From assembly GCA_043228905.1 (NCBI GenBank), contig JBHGNT010000002.1, forward strand, positions 8,184,001 through 8,248,000: DNA of 64,000 bases, in the 5' to 3' direction. The notes below the pieces were generated by a model. It made no database searches. It saw only the letters and a program-made list of their open reading frames with translations, and was not told the origin of the DNA. Below, piece after piece: positions 36,401 to 47,820 of this stretch. The stretch comes from Azolla caroliniana. Lineage: Eukaryota; Plantae; Polypodiophyta. Every line of letters begins with the position of its first letter. Within the stretch, counting starts at the first letter, position 1. A program made the translations under genes and the position numbers.

Positions 36401-38353
36401 TCGAGCTGGGATGTTTTTACCCGTTGGGAAACGGCCATTTCCCATTCCAACGCTTCCTGTGCTTGCCGTAATTCCCGAATCGAATCTTTGTCTGGTTCGG
36501 CCTCGGTTTCGTCCCGCTGCGGCAAGTATGGCGCTACGGCTTCAGCTACGTCAATCTCGAAGAGTGGTACGATCTTCGGGTGTTCCTCCAAGTACTGGGC
36601 TTCTTCGTCGTCTGCCAACCCTTCAAGCATGTTCACGCATTCCGCATATAGCGGTGTGCATTCCTTACCGTTGCTCGTCCGTGGTTGTGTCGGTACCCGG
36701 ACCTTGGCTTTTCCGCGCCGGAAGGTAATCATATTTTTCCGCCAATTTTGCTTGATGTGTGTTGTTTTAAACCATGGTCTGCCCAGCAATAGTGGGTACG
36801 CGCCTTGCGCCTGTAGCTACAGCACTACGGCCGAGATGTGAAATGTGTGACCTCCTATGGTGACTTCCAATTTCCGTATTAAGCCCGTCGGCCGTACAGA
36901 GCTCGTATCCGCCATCCGTAGCCAGAACGGACATGGCTCCCATTCATGTATACCCAAGGCATCACACGTGTGGAGGCTTATTACGTTCACCCCGGAACCT
37001 CCATCGATTACTGTGCCGGGAAGTTCGTGCCCTTTGACAATAGCTGTAATCACCGGACTACTAGTGTCCACCACCGTCGGTCCCTCCTCCAGATTCGAGA
37101 AGAGGACTGGTGCCGGTGGGGCTATACCGTCTGTCATGCCCGTTTTTAGTCCTTCCGTAAATCGCGGCAGGAGCTGCAAGAGTCTTCCTAATGGCAACGT
37201 GATCTGACATTCTTGCAGTGCTTGCCATGTCTCGTTTTCTGGGTGGCTACCGCCGGCACTCCCTATGGTGTTCGCCTTTTGCCGTTCCGCGTCCGCGACG
37301 TTCCTTTCATTGGCTTCCTTCACCCATTCCGTCGCCTGTTTTCGTATGGCCTCTTGTGTTTCCCACTCTTTGGCCATGCCTTTCGACCGTGTGGTTACTT
37401 GCTGTACATCCGCCACTTCCGGAACCACCATATTAACTGCTGGTCGTTTATCGTAGCTCTTTGCCGGGCATTGGTTATTGTAGTGGCCTTCCTGCCTGCA
37501 GTAATAGCAGTACTCTTTACGGGTATTGCTGGATTCAGCATTGCTGGTATCCGGATTCGGTCCCGTAGTGAGTGGTGCGTTCTGTGCCGGTTGGCTCCTT
37601 GGGGTTCCATGTTCCGGGTCCCTAGTGTGACCACCTTTCTTGAAATTACGTTTCTTATTATTCTTATTTTTATTTCAGTAGTCCGGTCGTGGTGGATCGT
37701 AAAATCGGCCGTAGTCCTCCTGGTGCCTTCGGTAACCAGGGGAATGGTCTCTGTCGTATTGCTCGTGTCGTCTGTTGGACTCCCGATAACGGTCCGATCG
37801 CTCATACCGGTCGTAGTTATCATGCCGATTCCCGTACCGGCCATCATTCTCTTGTCTGTCTCCGTACCGGACATCCTGTGCCGGTCGGTACCGGTTCATT
37901 CTTTGCCAACGATCGTCATCTTCGTCTCGACTGCTTCTTGGCTCGATCCGTCGGACGGGTGGTGCTTGTCGGTTTAGCAGGTTATACTCGCACCGGTCCG
38001 TTGTATGACTCTTGGATTGACAAATCACACACTGGGTTCGCATGGTGCACTCCACTGCCGAGTGTCCGGCATTCAAGCAGATTGTGCATTGAATTGCCTG
38101 CCGGAACCGGAGATCTTCATCTGTGGGTAACGCCCGTTGTAGTGCTACTTAGACTGCTTAGACTGCTTCCGTCGTCCTGGTCGCGAGTTTGTTGTAACCG
38201 AAGAGATTCCTCCGCGACTCTCCGGATCTCGTTGGAGAACGAACGATCCGAGCGAATTTCGTGCGCTGCTTGCTGGAAAGTCTCACGCCGTCTTTGCCGT
38301 TCGGCGAGACGTCGAGCTCGGTCTGTAACCAGGTCGTGCGTTGGTCTCGTCAT
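33442..38353 (-). pseudogene. Gypsy gag-pol with capsid deletion and three nonsense codons; RT-RH-INT part (33442-36258) is open
   Basis: Three CCHC knuckles; protease IDGGSG; RT LDGFSGYNQI and FLDD; RNase H VDAS, TEREAL, VDH; integrase HHCC, WGLDF, SDQG, NGLAE, GPY. In-frame stops at 37675, 36817 and 36262. Confidence 0.93.
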
Positions 38354-41300
38354 CCATTAAGCCGTCGTTCGCTGCGAGAGAGCAGGAATTGTGGTCGCCA
38401 AAACTGTGTTATTCTCTGACCGGACAAGGCCTAACACAAGGTGTCACGGAGACACTTCACCAAAGGGTGATTACGGCATAGGATTAAGATTCAACAATTA
38501 CACTGACTTACGTAGGTTACACGATTAGATCGCTTTTGTTAATTACACGCGTAAGATATAACAGTAAGTACAGAACGGAAATCAACACAGAAGTATAAAC
38601 ACCATATGCTCTATTAATTATCCGCTGCGATTACAATGGGGTCCGGGCCTTTAAATAGGTTTCCGGCCCGTAGTACAAAACGGTGCCTATCGCACCTATT
38701 CGGGATCCGTCCGGATTTGGAACGGCATACCGTTTCCAGTCCGTCCGTCCATACTAGGCTTATTTACAACCATCCTTCATTAATTCCTTCACTCCGTATT
38801 TTGGACTCCTTGACGATAGTTGCACACCTTGGGAGGTACCAAAGGATTTAGAACTAGACACATTGTCGTACCCATATCCGTGATACAATGAGGAAGCCGA
38901 TGAGGAGGCGCATGTCCGAACTTTCCTCACCACGTGGCAAGCTAACCACATGTCACAACGATTGGCCATGGCCGATGTGGAAACATCCATAATCACCGAG
39001 TTCAGATTGTTGCGAGATGGACAAGCATCAAATTGGTACTCCCAACACGACTTGGGAGAGTTTCAGTTATTCAGTTTTTTCATGATGGGTCCCAAAGCGG
39101 GAACTAGATTTTTCACAAAACTCAATCGAGTAGGTAATTGATCATGTCTTAACGATGGATAACTATAACACGCCTTGCCAAAAGATGAAGAAATCCGGTT
39201 TTGGCAAGCGGTGAAGTGCACAACATGTTTGAATCTGGGTCTCTCGGCGATTGAGTGCACACTAAGAACGCATTGCCCCATCTGCCACTCCCACGCACAC
39301 ACATTGGAACAGTGTGAATACAACCTACTTGTAAAAGAATGGCATGTGGAAGCTTGTAGACAAACCGGCTCAGTTAGATTACAATAATAAAACAGAGAAT
39401 GAGGATTTAATGGAAGCTTAGAATACACAGTACACGGGAGTGGGAGAGATAGAGAGAGCAGAAAGCATAAACTATATTAAAAAATGATAACATTCTGTAC
39501 ATACAATGTGCTTAGTGAGCACTTTTATACAAGTCCTTATACGGACTGACAGAAGTACTCACAAGTACTTCAATGCTCATACGAGCGACTGACACTGACT
39601 CCAAGGAATCTACCTATGTACTAGGCTAGATTCGTAGGCCTCTAACGGCCTACCGGTTACAATCTGATCCATCTTTACAATCCGGATATGGTTGAGCTTG
39701 TTCGCTCAACACTCCCCCTCAAGCTCAACTTGAGGTCGGATCGCGGTGTCTGTGTTTGTGGTAGTTGGTCCTCTCCTCCAGCTCCCCCTGGCGTCCTCTC
39801 GCCTTGCTTGCGTTCCTCGATCCGTCTGGTCCCGCGCACCTCGACCTTCTCGGTCGGCTTGTCTGCTCATAAGGCCCATCTCAACTCCTTTGCTATTATG
39901 ACTTCGGCGCTTCTTGACTCGTTGGTTCCTCCATGTTGGTGTCAACTTCAGTTGCGTCCTTGTCCGTTTGTCCTTCAGTTGATCTGGCTCCACCGAACCG
40001 AACTCCTCTTCAAAATCGGTTGCCTCCGATTTGTTCCAGCTCTTGTCCGAATTGGCAATCTCCAATTCGTCATCAAGTTTTCAGACCCTTTACCACATCG
40101 AACCACGTCCGGGTCTTGGCCTTCCGGTTGGCTCCATCCTTCTTGACTTTGCCGTCATCACAGCTTATTCCAAATTTATCGGATGTGCCGACTTCTTCAG
40201 TCGACTCGGCTTCCTTTTTCTTCTTCTTGTCTCCCCCTATCTCTCCGCCTCTTTGTCTAGTGCCATCACCTATTTTCCCAGTTTCCGTTCCGGTTCTCCC
40301 CCTCAAGCGTGGCATGTTGAGATGCTGAAGACCAAGTATCTCCGAAAAATGTTGCAACTTGTCTAGGCCGAGAGGTTTGGTGAAGATGTCGGCAACTTGT
40401 AGTAGCCGCCGAAGCCAAATGGCTTCATAGGTCGCAATGATAGCTCCTCTGTATTCAGCCTTAGTGCTCGATAGAGCCACTGTCAACTACTTCTTGTTGC
40501 TCCATACAATAGTCACGCTCCTGAGAGAAAACATAAAACCGGATGTTGACCGACGATCCGACGCATCACCGGCCCAGTCGGCATCAGTATAACCAACTAA
40601 TTGTTTGGTTATACCATGCTAGTACAACAGTCCCTGATCCTTCGTGCCACTCACGTATCGCAGTAGTTGATGCGCGCATTGAAGGTGCTCAACAGTCGGT
40701 CACTGCATGTATTGACTAATCACCCCGATGGGATGGCTGATGTCGAGTCGCGTGATAGTCGGATATATCAAGCTTTTGACAATTTTTTGGAACCGTTTCT
40801 CATTGTAGTCTAGTCCAAAGTTGGGATGTAGCTTCAAATTCTAGTGAAGGGTCGTTGAGATGGGTCGGCAATCAGTCATGCTGAACTTGAACAACATATT
40901 CAGAATGGAAAAAGAAAGTGGTAACTGATGGTGCAGAGCCGAAGAAATTTCCAAACAAAAAGGGCACCTCAGAAATCGCGACAAGTGAGGAGGAGTTGTT
41001 GTTGATTTGTGAGAAGAATGAAGTGAACCTTGTCAGGGATGAAACGACGTGTGGTTGATTCCGAAGCGTCGTTCCATTTGACTCCCAACTGGAAATGTTT
41101 CTCATCGTACACAACCAATGATCACGGATATGTAAAGGTGGGAAATGAAGGAGCATGCCAAATCATCAATATTGGAGATGTGTGTATGTTAATGTAAACC
41201 GAGTGCAAATTGGTGTTAAAGGATGTATGACACATTCAGGAGGTTAGATTGAATCTAATATCAACCGATCGACTGGATGATGAAGGCTACACGGATAGCT

Positions 41301-42265
41301 TCCAGAACGACACTCTAAAGTTTTGCAAGGGAATCCTGATTGTGTCCTGATCATGGAAGACAAACACATTGTATATGATGCATGCTTGATTATGTTGGGA
41401 GGAAGTAAATGTGGCAGTTGGCGCAACCGGTGAGTTGTGGCACAAGAGGCTATGCCACATGCGTGAGAAAGGGATGTGGAATCCTGTCGAGGATAACCTC
41501 ATTCCGGAGATGAAGAATGTGCATCTTGACAAATGCACCAATTGCTTGGACAACAAGCAGAACAAAACCTCCTTCCAATCTAGACCCCTGATGAAAAAGA
41601 AAGCACCGTTAGAACTCGTGCATACGGATGTATGCTATGTGGATATGAAGTCACATGTTGGCTCACAATACTTGGTGACATTCATTGATGACCATTGCCA
41701 AAAACTGTGGGCTTCGATATTGAAGACGAAGGACCAAGTACTATCCGTCTTCAAGGAGTTCCAAGAGAGGGCAGAAAGAGAGACCGGCCGGAAGCTAAAA
41801 GTTGTTTGAGTAGATAACGGAGGTGAATACTGAGGGTAGTTCGAGGAGTACTACCAGTCTAAGGGAATCCAACTCAAATACATTGTGCCGAAGAGGCCAA
41901 AGTTGAATAGGCTAACCGATAGAATGAACTGAACCATTATGGAGAGAGTCTGAAGCATGCTTTGTTGAGAAACATGTCCCTCTGGATGGGAAGACGACAA
42001 GTCGAATCGATCTGGCCCGCAGGAAAGAACCGAGTGAAGATCAAGGTGGGACGGATTGGATGGATCCGAAGCTAGACTAGATCCGGAAGGCATTCGGCCG
42101 ACCCCAGAGATGAATCCGGGAAAGGAGATACTTGTAAATATGTTCTAATACTCCTATTGAGGCTATATTTGTAAATATCCCTAAAGTTATATTAGTATAA
42201 ATATAACTAGGGCAAAAACATTAGGTGCATGTTGTTGAACAAAGTTAGTTGTAACCGACGTATAG

Positions 42266-42303
<38 letters not shown>

Positions 42304-42745
42304 CGAACACACCAAGTGCGGACTAAGACGAAGCACGGATGATGAGGCTACGACGGAGCGATGACAGAATGACACAAGAGCATAAAGATAGAGATGAAGA
42401 TTAAGGAGAGGAGATGGGCAAAACGAGAATACTAGATTGATATGTCCATGATTGGCGAGGAAGATAGGAAATGAAGCGATGTTCATGATGGTACGGTGAC
42501 GATGGTAACTCTAGAAGCAAGGGCGATGACGGAGACGGGTGATGCTTCTAGTTGGAAGGTGAATAAACTGTCACGGGAAGGCCACATGGTCACTCACTCG
42601 TTCCTGTTCTATTTCTCGGTGAGGACAACATGGTTGCTCACGCCCGTTGGTGTTCGTGTTCCAACTCTCAGCGAGGACCGTTCCAGTTCCCGGCAAGGAC
42701 CCCACATGGTTACTCATGCCCCTTGGTGTTCATGCTCCCCGTGAG
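36911..42745. repeat. Segmental tandem duplication, copy 2
   Basis: See copy 1; the ORF track shows matching ORF pairs at offset 12809. Confidence 0.97.
38390..38400 (-). promoter_or_regulatory. Primer-binding site, probably tRNA-Arg(UCG)
   Basis: TGGCGACCACA 6 nt after the 5' LTR; complementary to the plant tRNA-Arg end ...TGTGGTCG-CCA as I recall it. Confidence 0.75.
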
Positions 42746-44752
42746 GACCGCACATGGTCGCCCATGCCCATTGGTGTTAAATACGTCGTCTTGTGGAAGG
42801 GTTACTCCTTGTCTAGGATTTACAAAATACTTTTGAGGTGATCTAAGATTTTCATCAACAATATCCCCTTAAGCCGACAAACGATTTGGGAAGGCGCTTG
42901 GTGTGTCCGTGATAGTTTGTTCACCTTCCAACTAGAAGCATCACCCGTCTCCATCATCGCCCTTGCTTCTAGAGTTACCATTGTCACCGTACCATCATGA
43001 ACATCACTTCATTTCCTATCTTCCTCGCCAGTCATGGACATATCAATCTAGTATTCTCATTTCGCCCATCTTCTCTCCTTAATCTTCATCTCTATCTTTA
43101 TGCTCTTGTGTCATTCTGTCATCGCTCCATCGTAGCCTCATCCTCTGTGCTCCGTCTTAGTCCGCACTTGGTGTGTCCGTGACAAAGAGAGAGAGAGGGT
43201 AGTATCTCTATTGTAATTGTTGCCTGACGAGGAAGAGCTCAAGGTTGTTGCCTTTAGAGTCTCTTGTTGTATTTTTTCTCCCCATTAGTGATTTTGTTCG
43301 GAGTCTGTGGGCTCCTGTGGGTTTTCCCATTTGTGGGTTTCCACGTTAACATCATGTGTTGCTTTGTCTCTATGTGTGCACAATATTCTAATTTTCACCT
43401 TGTGCTTGAACCTCGGTTGTGGCCGAGACCCATTTTCTATCAAACTAGTATTAGAGAAAAGGATCGCAACCCTCAAGTGAAAGGAAACGAAAGACTCGTT
43501 CAATGGAATCTTCAAGCTAACCGGCTCCAACTACTTAGTGTGAAAGTTGAAGATGAGAGACATGTTGGTATGTAGAGATCTCTGGATGTCGGTGCAGTTT
43601 AGAGATAAAAGGCCAAACAAGGTCGATGCACCGACCTGGGAAGTTTTGCATCTGAAGACGACGGCCTACATGAGAAGTTTTATAGACATGAGTCTATATA
43701 ACAACTTCAACGAAGAGACTGAGACAAACATCCTCTAGGAGAAGATCGACATAATATTTGAGAAAAAGAATGCCGTCAACAGAGTCTTAGTTTTCATGAA
43801 GATCGTAAGACTCCGGTATCAAGATGGCTCCAACAAGGCGGAGCATCTGAATGCCTTCCAAGGACTAATCAACCAAACCACCTCTCTAGAAGTACCTCTA
43901 GCCAACGAGGTATTAGCATTGTTGCTGCTAGGGTTCCTCATGGACAACTGGGAGACACTCGTTGTCATGTTGGGCAATGCTGAACTGGAAAGGAAGCACT
44001 TATCCCTGGAGAAGGTAAAGTCGAGCTTGCTGAATGAAGAAGCTCTCTAGAAAGACAGAGAGATCATTTCCTACTCGAAGGCCCTAGTCATGGAAGGTGA
44101 CATCAATCGGGGAAGAGGTCGAAATAGAAGTCCCAGAATCGAGAGAAGTTGGGGACGAGGTCAAAGTCGAGGGGGAGGCCCACTTGCTTCTATTGTGGGA
44201 AGTTGGGGTACTTCTAGAAGAATTGTCGACACTATTGGAAAGACAAAGGGGAAGCCGACGGTGCCGAATCGAAGAAGATTCCGGAAAGAAGAGGTACTTC
44301 GGCAATCACGACAAGTGAGGAGGAGTTGTTGCTCATTATTGAGCAAAGTGAGCTAAACCTTGTCTGTGATGAATCGACATGGGTGGTTGATTCGGGCACA
44401 TCATTCCACCTGACCCCAGATAGAGGTTGCTTCTCATCGTATACAACTGGTGAGCATGGTTTGTGAAGATGGGAAATGAAGGAGCATGTCGAATCGTCGG
44501 CATAGGAGATGTGTGTTTGACAACTTCAACTGGGTGCAGACTGGTATTGAAAGATGTGCGACACGTTCTGGATGTCAGATTGAATCTGATATCAGTCGGT
44601 CAGCTAGATGATGAAGGCTACACGGGTAACATCCAGAATGACACACTTAAGTTCTACAAGGGAAGTTTCATTGTGGCCCGAGCCCGGAAGACAAACACAT
44701 TGTATGTGATGCATGCTTGATTATGCCGGGAGGAGGCAAATGTGACAGTTCT
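41963..44752 (+). mobile_element. Decayed Tork-like Copia: 5' LTR (41963-43442, interrupted), degenerate PBS, gag-protease
   Basis: LTR resembles the intact Copia LTR (GTCCCTC.GGATGGG, TTGAGGCTATATTTGTAAATA, CTCGGTTGTGGCCGAG); AACTAGTATTAGAG is a degenerate iMet PBS; WVVDSG. Partial LTR copy starts at 29154. Confidence 0.85.
42300..43184. mobile_element. Fold-back element: two inverted ~275-bp LTR R-U5 arms around a 346-bp core
   Basis: 42300-42576 is the near reverse complement of 42907-43183. The outer ~155 bp of each arm matches the 3' end of solo LTR 5609-6035. It sits in an (AG)n run. Truncated copy at 29493-29938. Confidence 0.88.
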
Positions 44753-46490
44753 TGTGACTTGAGAGTAGGACAGAGAGAAAGATAAAAAAGATGATGATAA
44801 AAGGTATAGAAAGAGAGAAAGAACACTAGAAATGGAAACAAAGTTTATATTATAAGAGAACAAGGGTTACAAAGAGTAGGCTAACAGGTTGAAGACGGGA
44901 GTTGAACCGAATGAGTTATTATGAATGTATAGATACCTATTTATAGGTCCTGATGGAGTATTCTCGAATGTTCTAGAATATTTATGATATTTAAGATAAT
45001 CATGAAATATTCTAGAATGTTCCAGAATACTCTAGAATGTTCTAGAATACTCTAAATATATTGTAATAACTAATGATATAATATACACCATATATGTTAT
45101 TATAATGGTTAAAGGTTTATCACAATGACCAAGAAGTTGTCGGTTTGAATCCATGTAAGCCAAAATGTATGTCTTCATGACATTATCCCCCCTTTTTGAC
45201 GACAATTTCCACGCGTCGGAAGACAAGATTTCAGACTTGGCTTATGGGGATATTTGTTGTGAAATGCAACAACCATGTTAGAGGCATTAGCAAGATTCTT
45301 GACAGGCTCCCATGTTCGATCATTAGGAGTCAACTAGGTAATATAGTTTGTTGTAGAAAATCTTGGAGTCGAAAATGGCAACAACTTCATATTCAGAACC
45401 ATCGGAAACTTCAATTGGAGGTGGGGGAGAAGTAAGACGACCTGAAATAGAGCTTGTTGTGTAGGGCTCCAAAAGTGAAACATGGAACACCGGGTGAAGA
45501 CACATATGAGGGGGAAGATCAAGGCGAAATACCACGCCATTGATCTTATCAAAGTTCACATATGGGCCAAAACATTGATAATCCAGTTTGCAACAAGGTC
45601 TTGTGGTTTTAATGCTACCTTGTAAGAGCCATACTCGATCTCCCACTTGAAACGTAGTCGATGAATTGCGTCAATGATAGTCGACAACCTTCTTTTGATT
45701 GTTTTGAGCATCACATAAATGGTGTGAAAGTATATCCAAGGTTAATTTCTTGGAGTCAGGTGAGCCGATCTTCAGCTGCCGGGTTTGTTGGAAGTTCGGG
45801 ATGTTCAAGAATCATCAAACGAGGATGGTACCCAATGTTTGCAAAAAATGGGGAATATCTAGTAGAAGAATGCTTTGAGTTGTTGTAAGAAAATTCTGCC
45901 AAATGTAATAGATTAACCCTATCATCTTGTTGATAGTTGACAAAACAACAAAGATATTGCACAATTGGTTGGTTGGTGCACTCACTCTGTCTGATAGTTT
46001 CTGGATGGTAGTCGGAAGAGAGTTTGCAAGAAGTATGTAAGAGTTTGAACATATGGAAATTTTGAGATGAATTGGGAACCCCGATCACTGATAATATCAT
46101 TTGGAAGACCACAATGCCGAAACACCTCTCGCATGAGTAAATCGGTTGTCTCTTGGCTAGTAATGGCTTTCGTGCATGGAAGTGCTCCTTCTTCGTAAAA
46201 TGATCTACTACAGTGAGAATAGATTATGAGCAAGAAGCACGATATGGGATAAGATGGTTCAAAATCTCTTGGTCGAATTCATCAGTCTCAATATGCTACC
46301 AAATGGAATCAAGAAGACTTGAATCTCTAGGTGTGTTCATAGTATGACTTGCCATGAGTCGTAGACGGTCAAGACCTAAGAGGATTTGCTTTTGACTCTC
46401 AAATGCAACCTCTTTTGGTTGAAGTTCCATATACGAAAGTCGAGATAAAGCATCTGCTTTTCCTTGTTGCATCCCAGGGCGATATAGAAT
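44753..46490 (-). mobile_element. Chromovirus (Gypsy) 3' part: integrase, chromodomain, PPT and 3' LTR (44753-45182)
   Basis: GKADALSR, IISDRGSQF, YHPET, GPY, HPVFHVSLL, EYEVVAIFDS..YLVD; PPT AAAAAGGGGGGATAA-TG. Confidence 0.88.
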
Positions 46491-47820
46491 TGTTAATAAT
46501 TAGGTAATTAACTATGGTTAATTAATGACTAATTATGTGAGTAGTTAAGTAGCGGAAGATTATGTGATATGTGTGCGTGTGTGTGTGAGAGGGAGAGAGA
46601 GAGGAATATACAACTATGAACAATAATGTAAATGGGGGATGATTAATGAGAGTGTATATTAAAAAGCATCATCAAATACAAAAATACCCACAATGAGGTA
46701 TATATACAACTCATGTGCAAAGGTGCACGTGTGTGAGTAGAATATAGGTACAAAGGTGTAACTCCTATATTAAATGAACATTGGAGTGGAGGATCTACAA
46801 TGTATCCCACTCAAGTACAAAATCCTATTTAAGGCTTTAAGGTCAACACACTAACTAGACTCTATCTAGGTAACTACTAAGTTATGTGTGTTGAATAACG
46901 AACTAAATCTACTTGAGCTTGATATCTCAACACACCCCCTCAAGCTCAAGTGTGAGGCTTCATCCGCTTCCATCCGGCCTTCGGTTTTCTTCGGCTTTTC
47001 CAAGGTAGTCTCGGTTCCTCCCCCTCAAGCCGGTGACGAAGGCTTGTAGTGTTAGATGGTCAAAGGTCGAGTGCTTCCATCTGTCGTGGGTTACGAGCCA
47101 CTACTGTAGAGCTCTCGGGCTCTTGTTCAGCCGCTACCTTCATCGCGAAGGCATAATGATGGGCCATGTACTCGTTGTAGCTGAGCCGAGTGATGTGGTT
47201 CTTCTCTCGAGATGAGTGTTGAAGTTTTTCACTCACCAATGTGAGCGCCTTCTTTACTCCGGGTGTCTGCATGATGGGTACACCAAACTCATTGTCTAGT
47301 GAGGGAGCCAACACATCCGAATGACTTTCGTCAGGGTGATCAACCTCATATTCGGGCATCTTACCTTTGCCTTTGTCCAAGTTTGTAGTTGGTTGTGATG
47401 TGTTTGGAATGCTTGAACTCTCATGTGGTCCACTTAGCTCGGTAGAGCTTGGATGACCCTTTGGTGAAAGACTTGACTGAATATCATCCTCTGAGTTGAC
47501 ATTCATCCCTTCCTTGATCAGGTTGGATGGAACCGAATTGGGCTTATACTAAGATGCCAATTCGTTGAAGACTACGTCTCGACTCACCCGAACAACTCAG
47601 GTCAAAGGGTTATAGCACTTGTATGCTTTTTTCTCGAACAAGTATCCTACGAGGATACATGTCTCCGACTTCGCGTTAGGCTTCTGTCGTTGTTCATTCG
47701 GGATGTGTACATTCACAATGCTTCCGAACACTTTGAGGTGCGACAAGATCAGCTTCCTTTCGACAAGGAGCTCACATGGAGTTAGCTCATGCACTCCATT
47801 AATGGTGCACTGGTTCAACA
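46491..47820 (-). mobile_element. Copia relic: integrase C-terminus, PPT and 3' LTR (46491-46932)
   Basis: HLKVFGS, CILVGY..KAYKCYNP; AGGGGGTG precedes the LTR TG. Confidence 0.75.

Larger units (their letters stand above)
29939..38812 (-). mobile_element. Young non-chromoviral Ty3/Gypsy LTR retrotransposon with extra 3' ORF
   Basis: 3' LTR 29939-30357 (TGTTA..TAACA); 5' LTR 38407-38812 lacking its outer ~13 bp; about 5 differences between LTRs; TATA CCTATTTAAAGG on the minus strand; order gag-PR-RT-RH-INT-ORF3. Confidence 0.95.

Noticed and set aside
29939-38812. Reading the Gypsy as a plus-strand element with its PBS at 30360 and all ORFs antisense
   Set aside because: The TATA context (CCTATTTAAAGG..CCCCATTGTAA), all ORFs and a second PBS are on the minus strand, and no PPT abuts the LTR at 38407 on the plus strand.
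42133-43442. One LTR shared by two Copia internal regions, with a PPT near 42120
   Set aside because: Similarity to the intact Copia LTR extends back to the TG at 41963, so this is a 5' LTR inserted into an older integrase.
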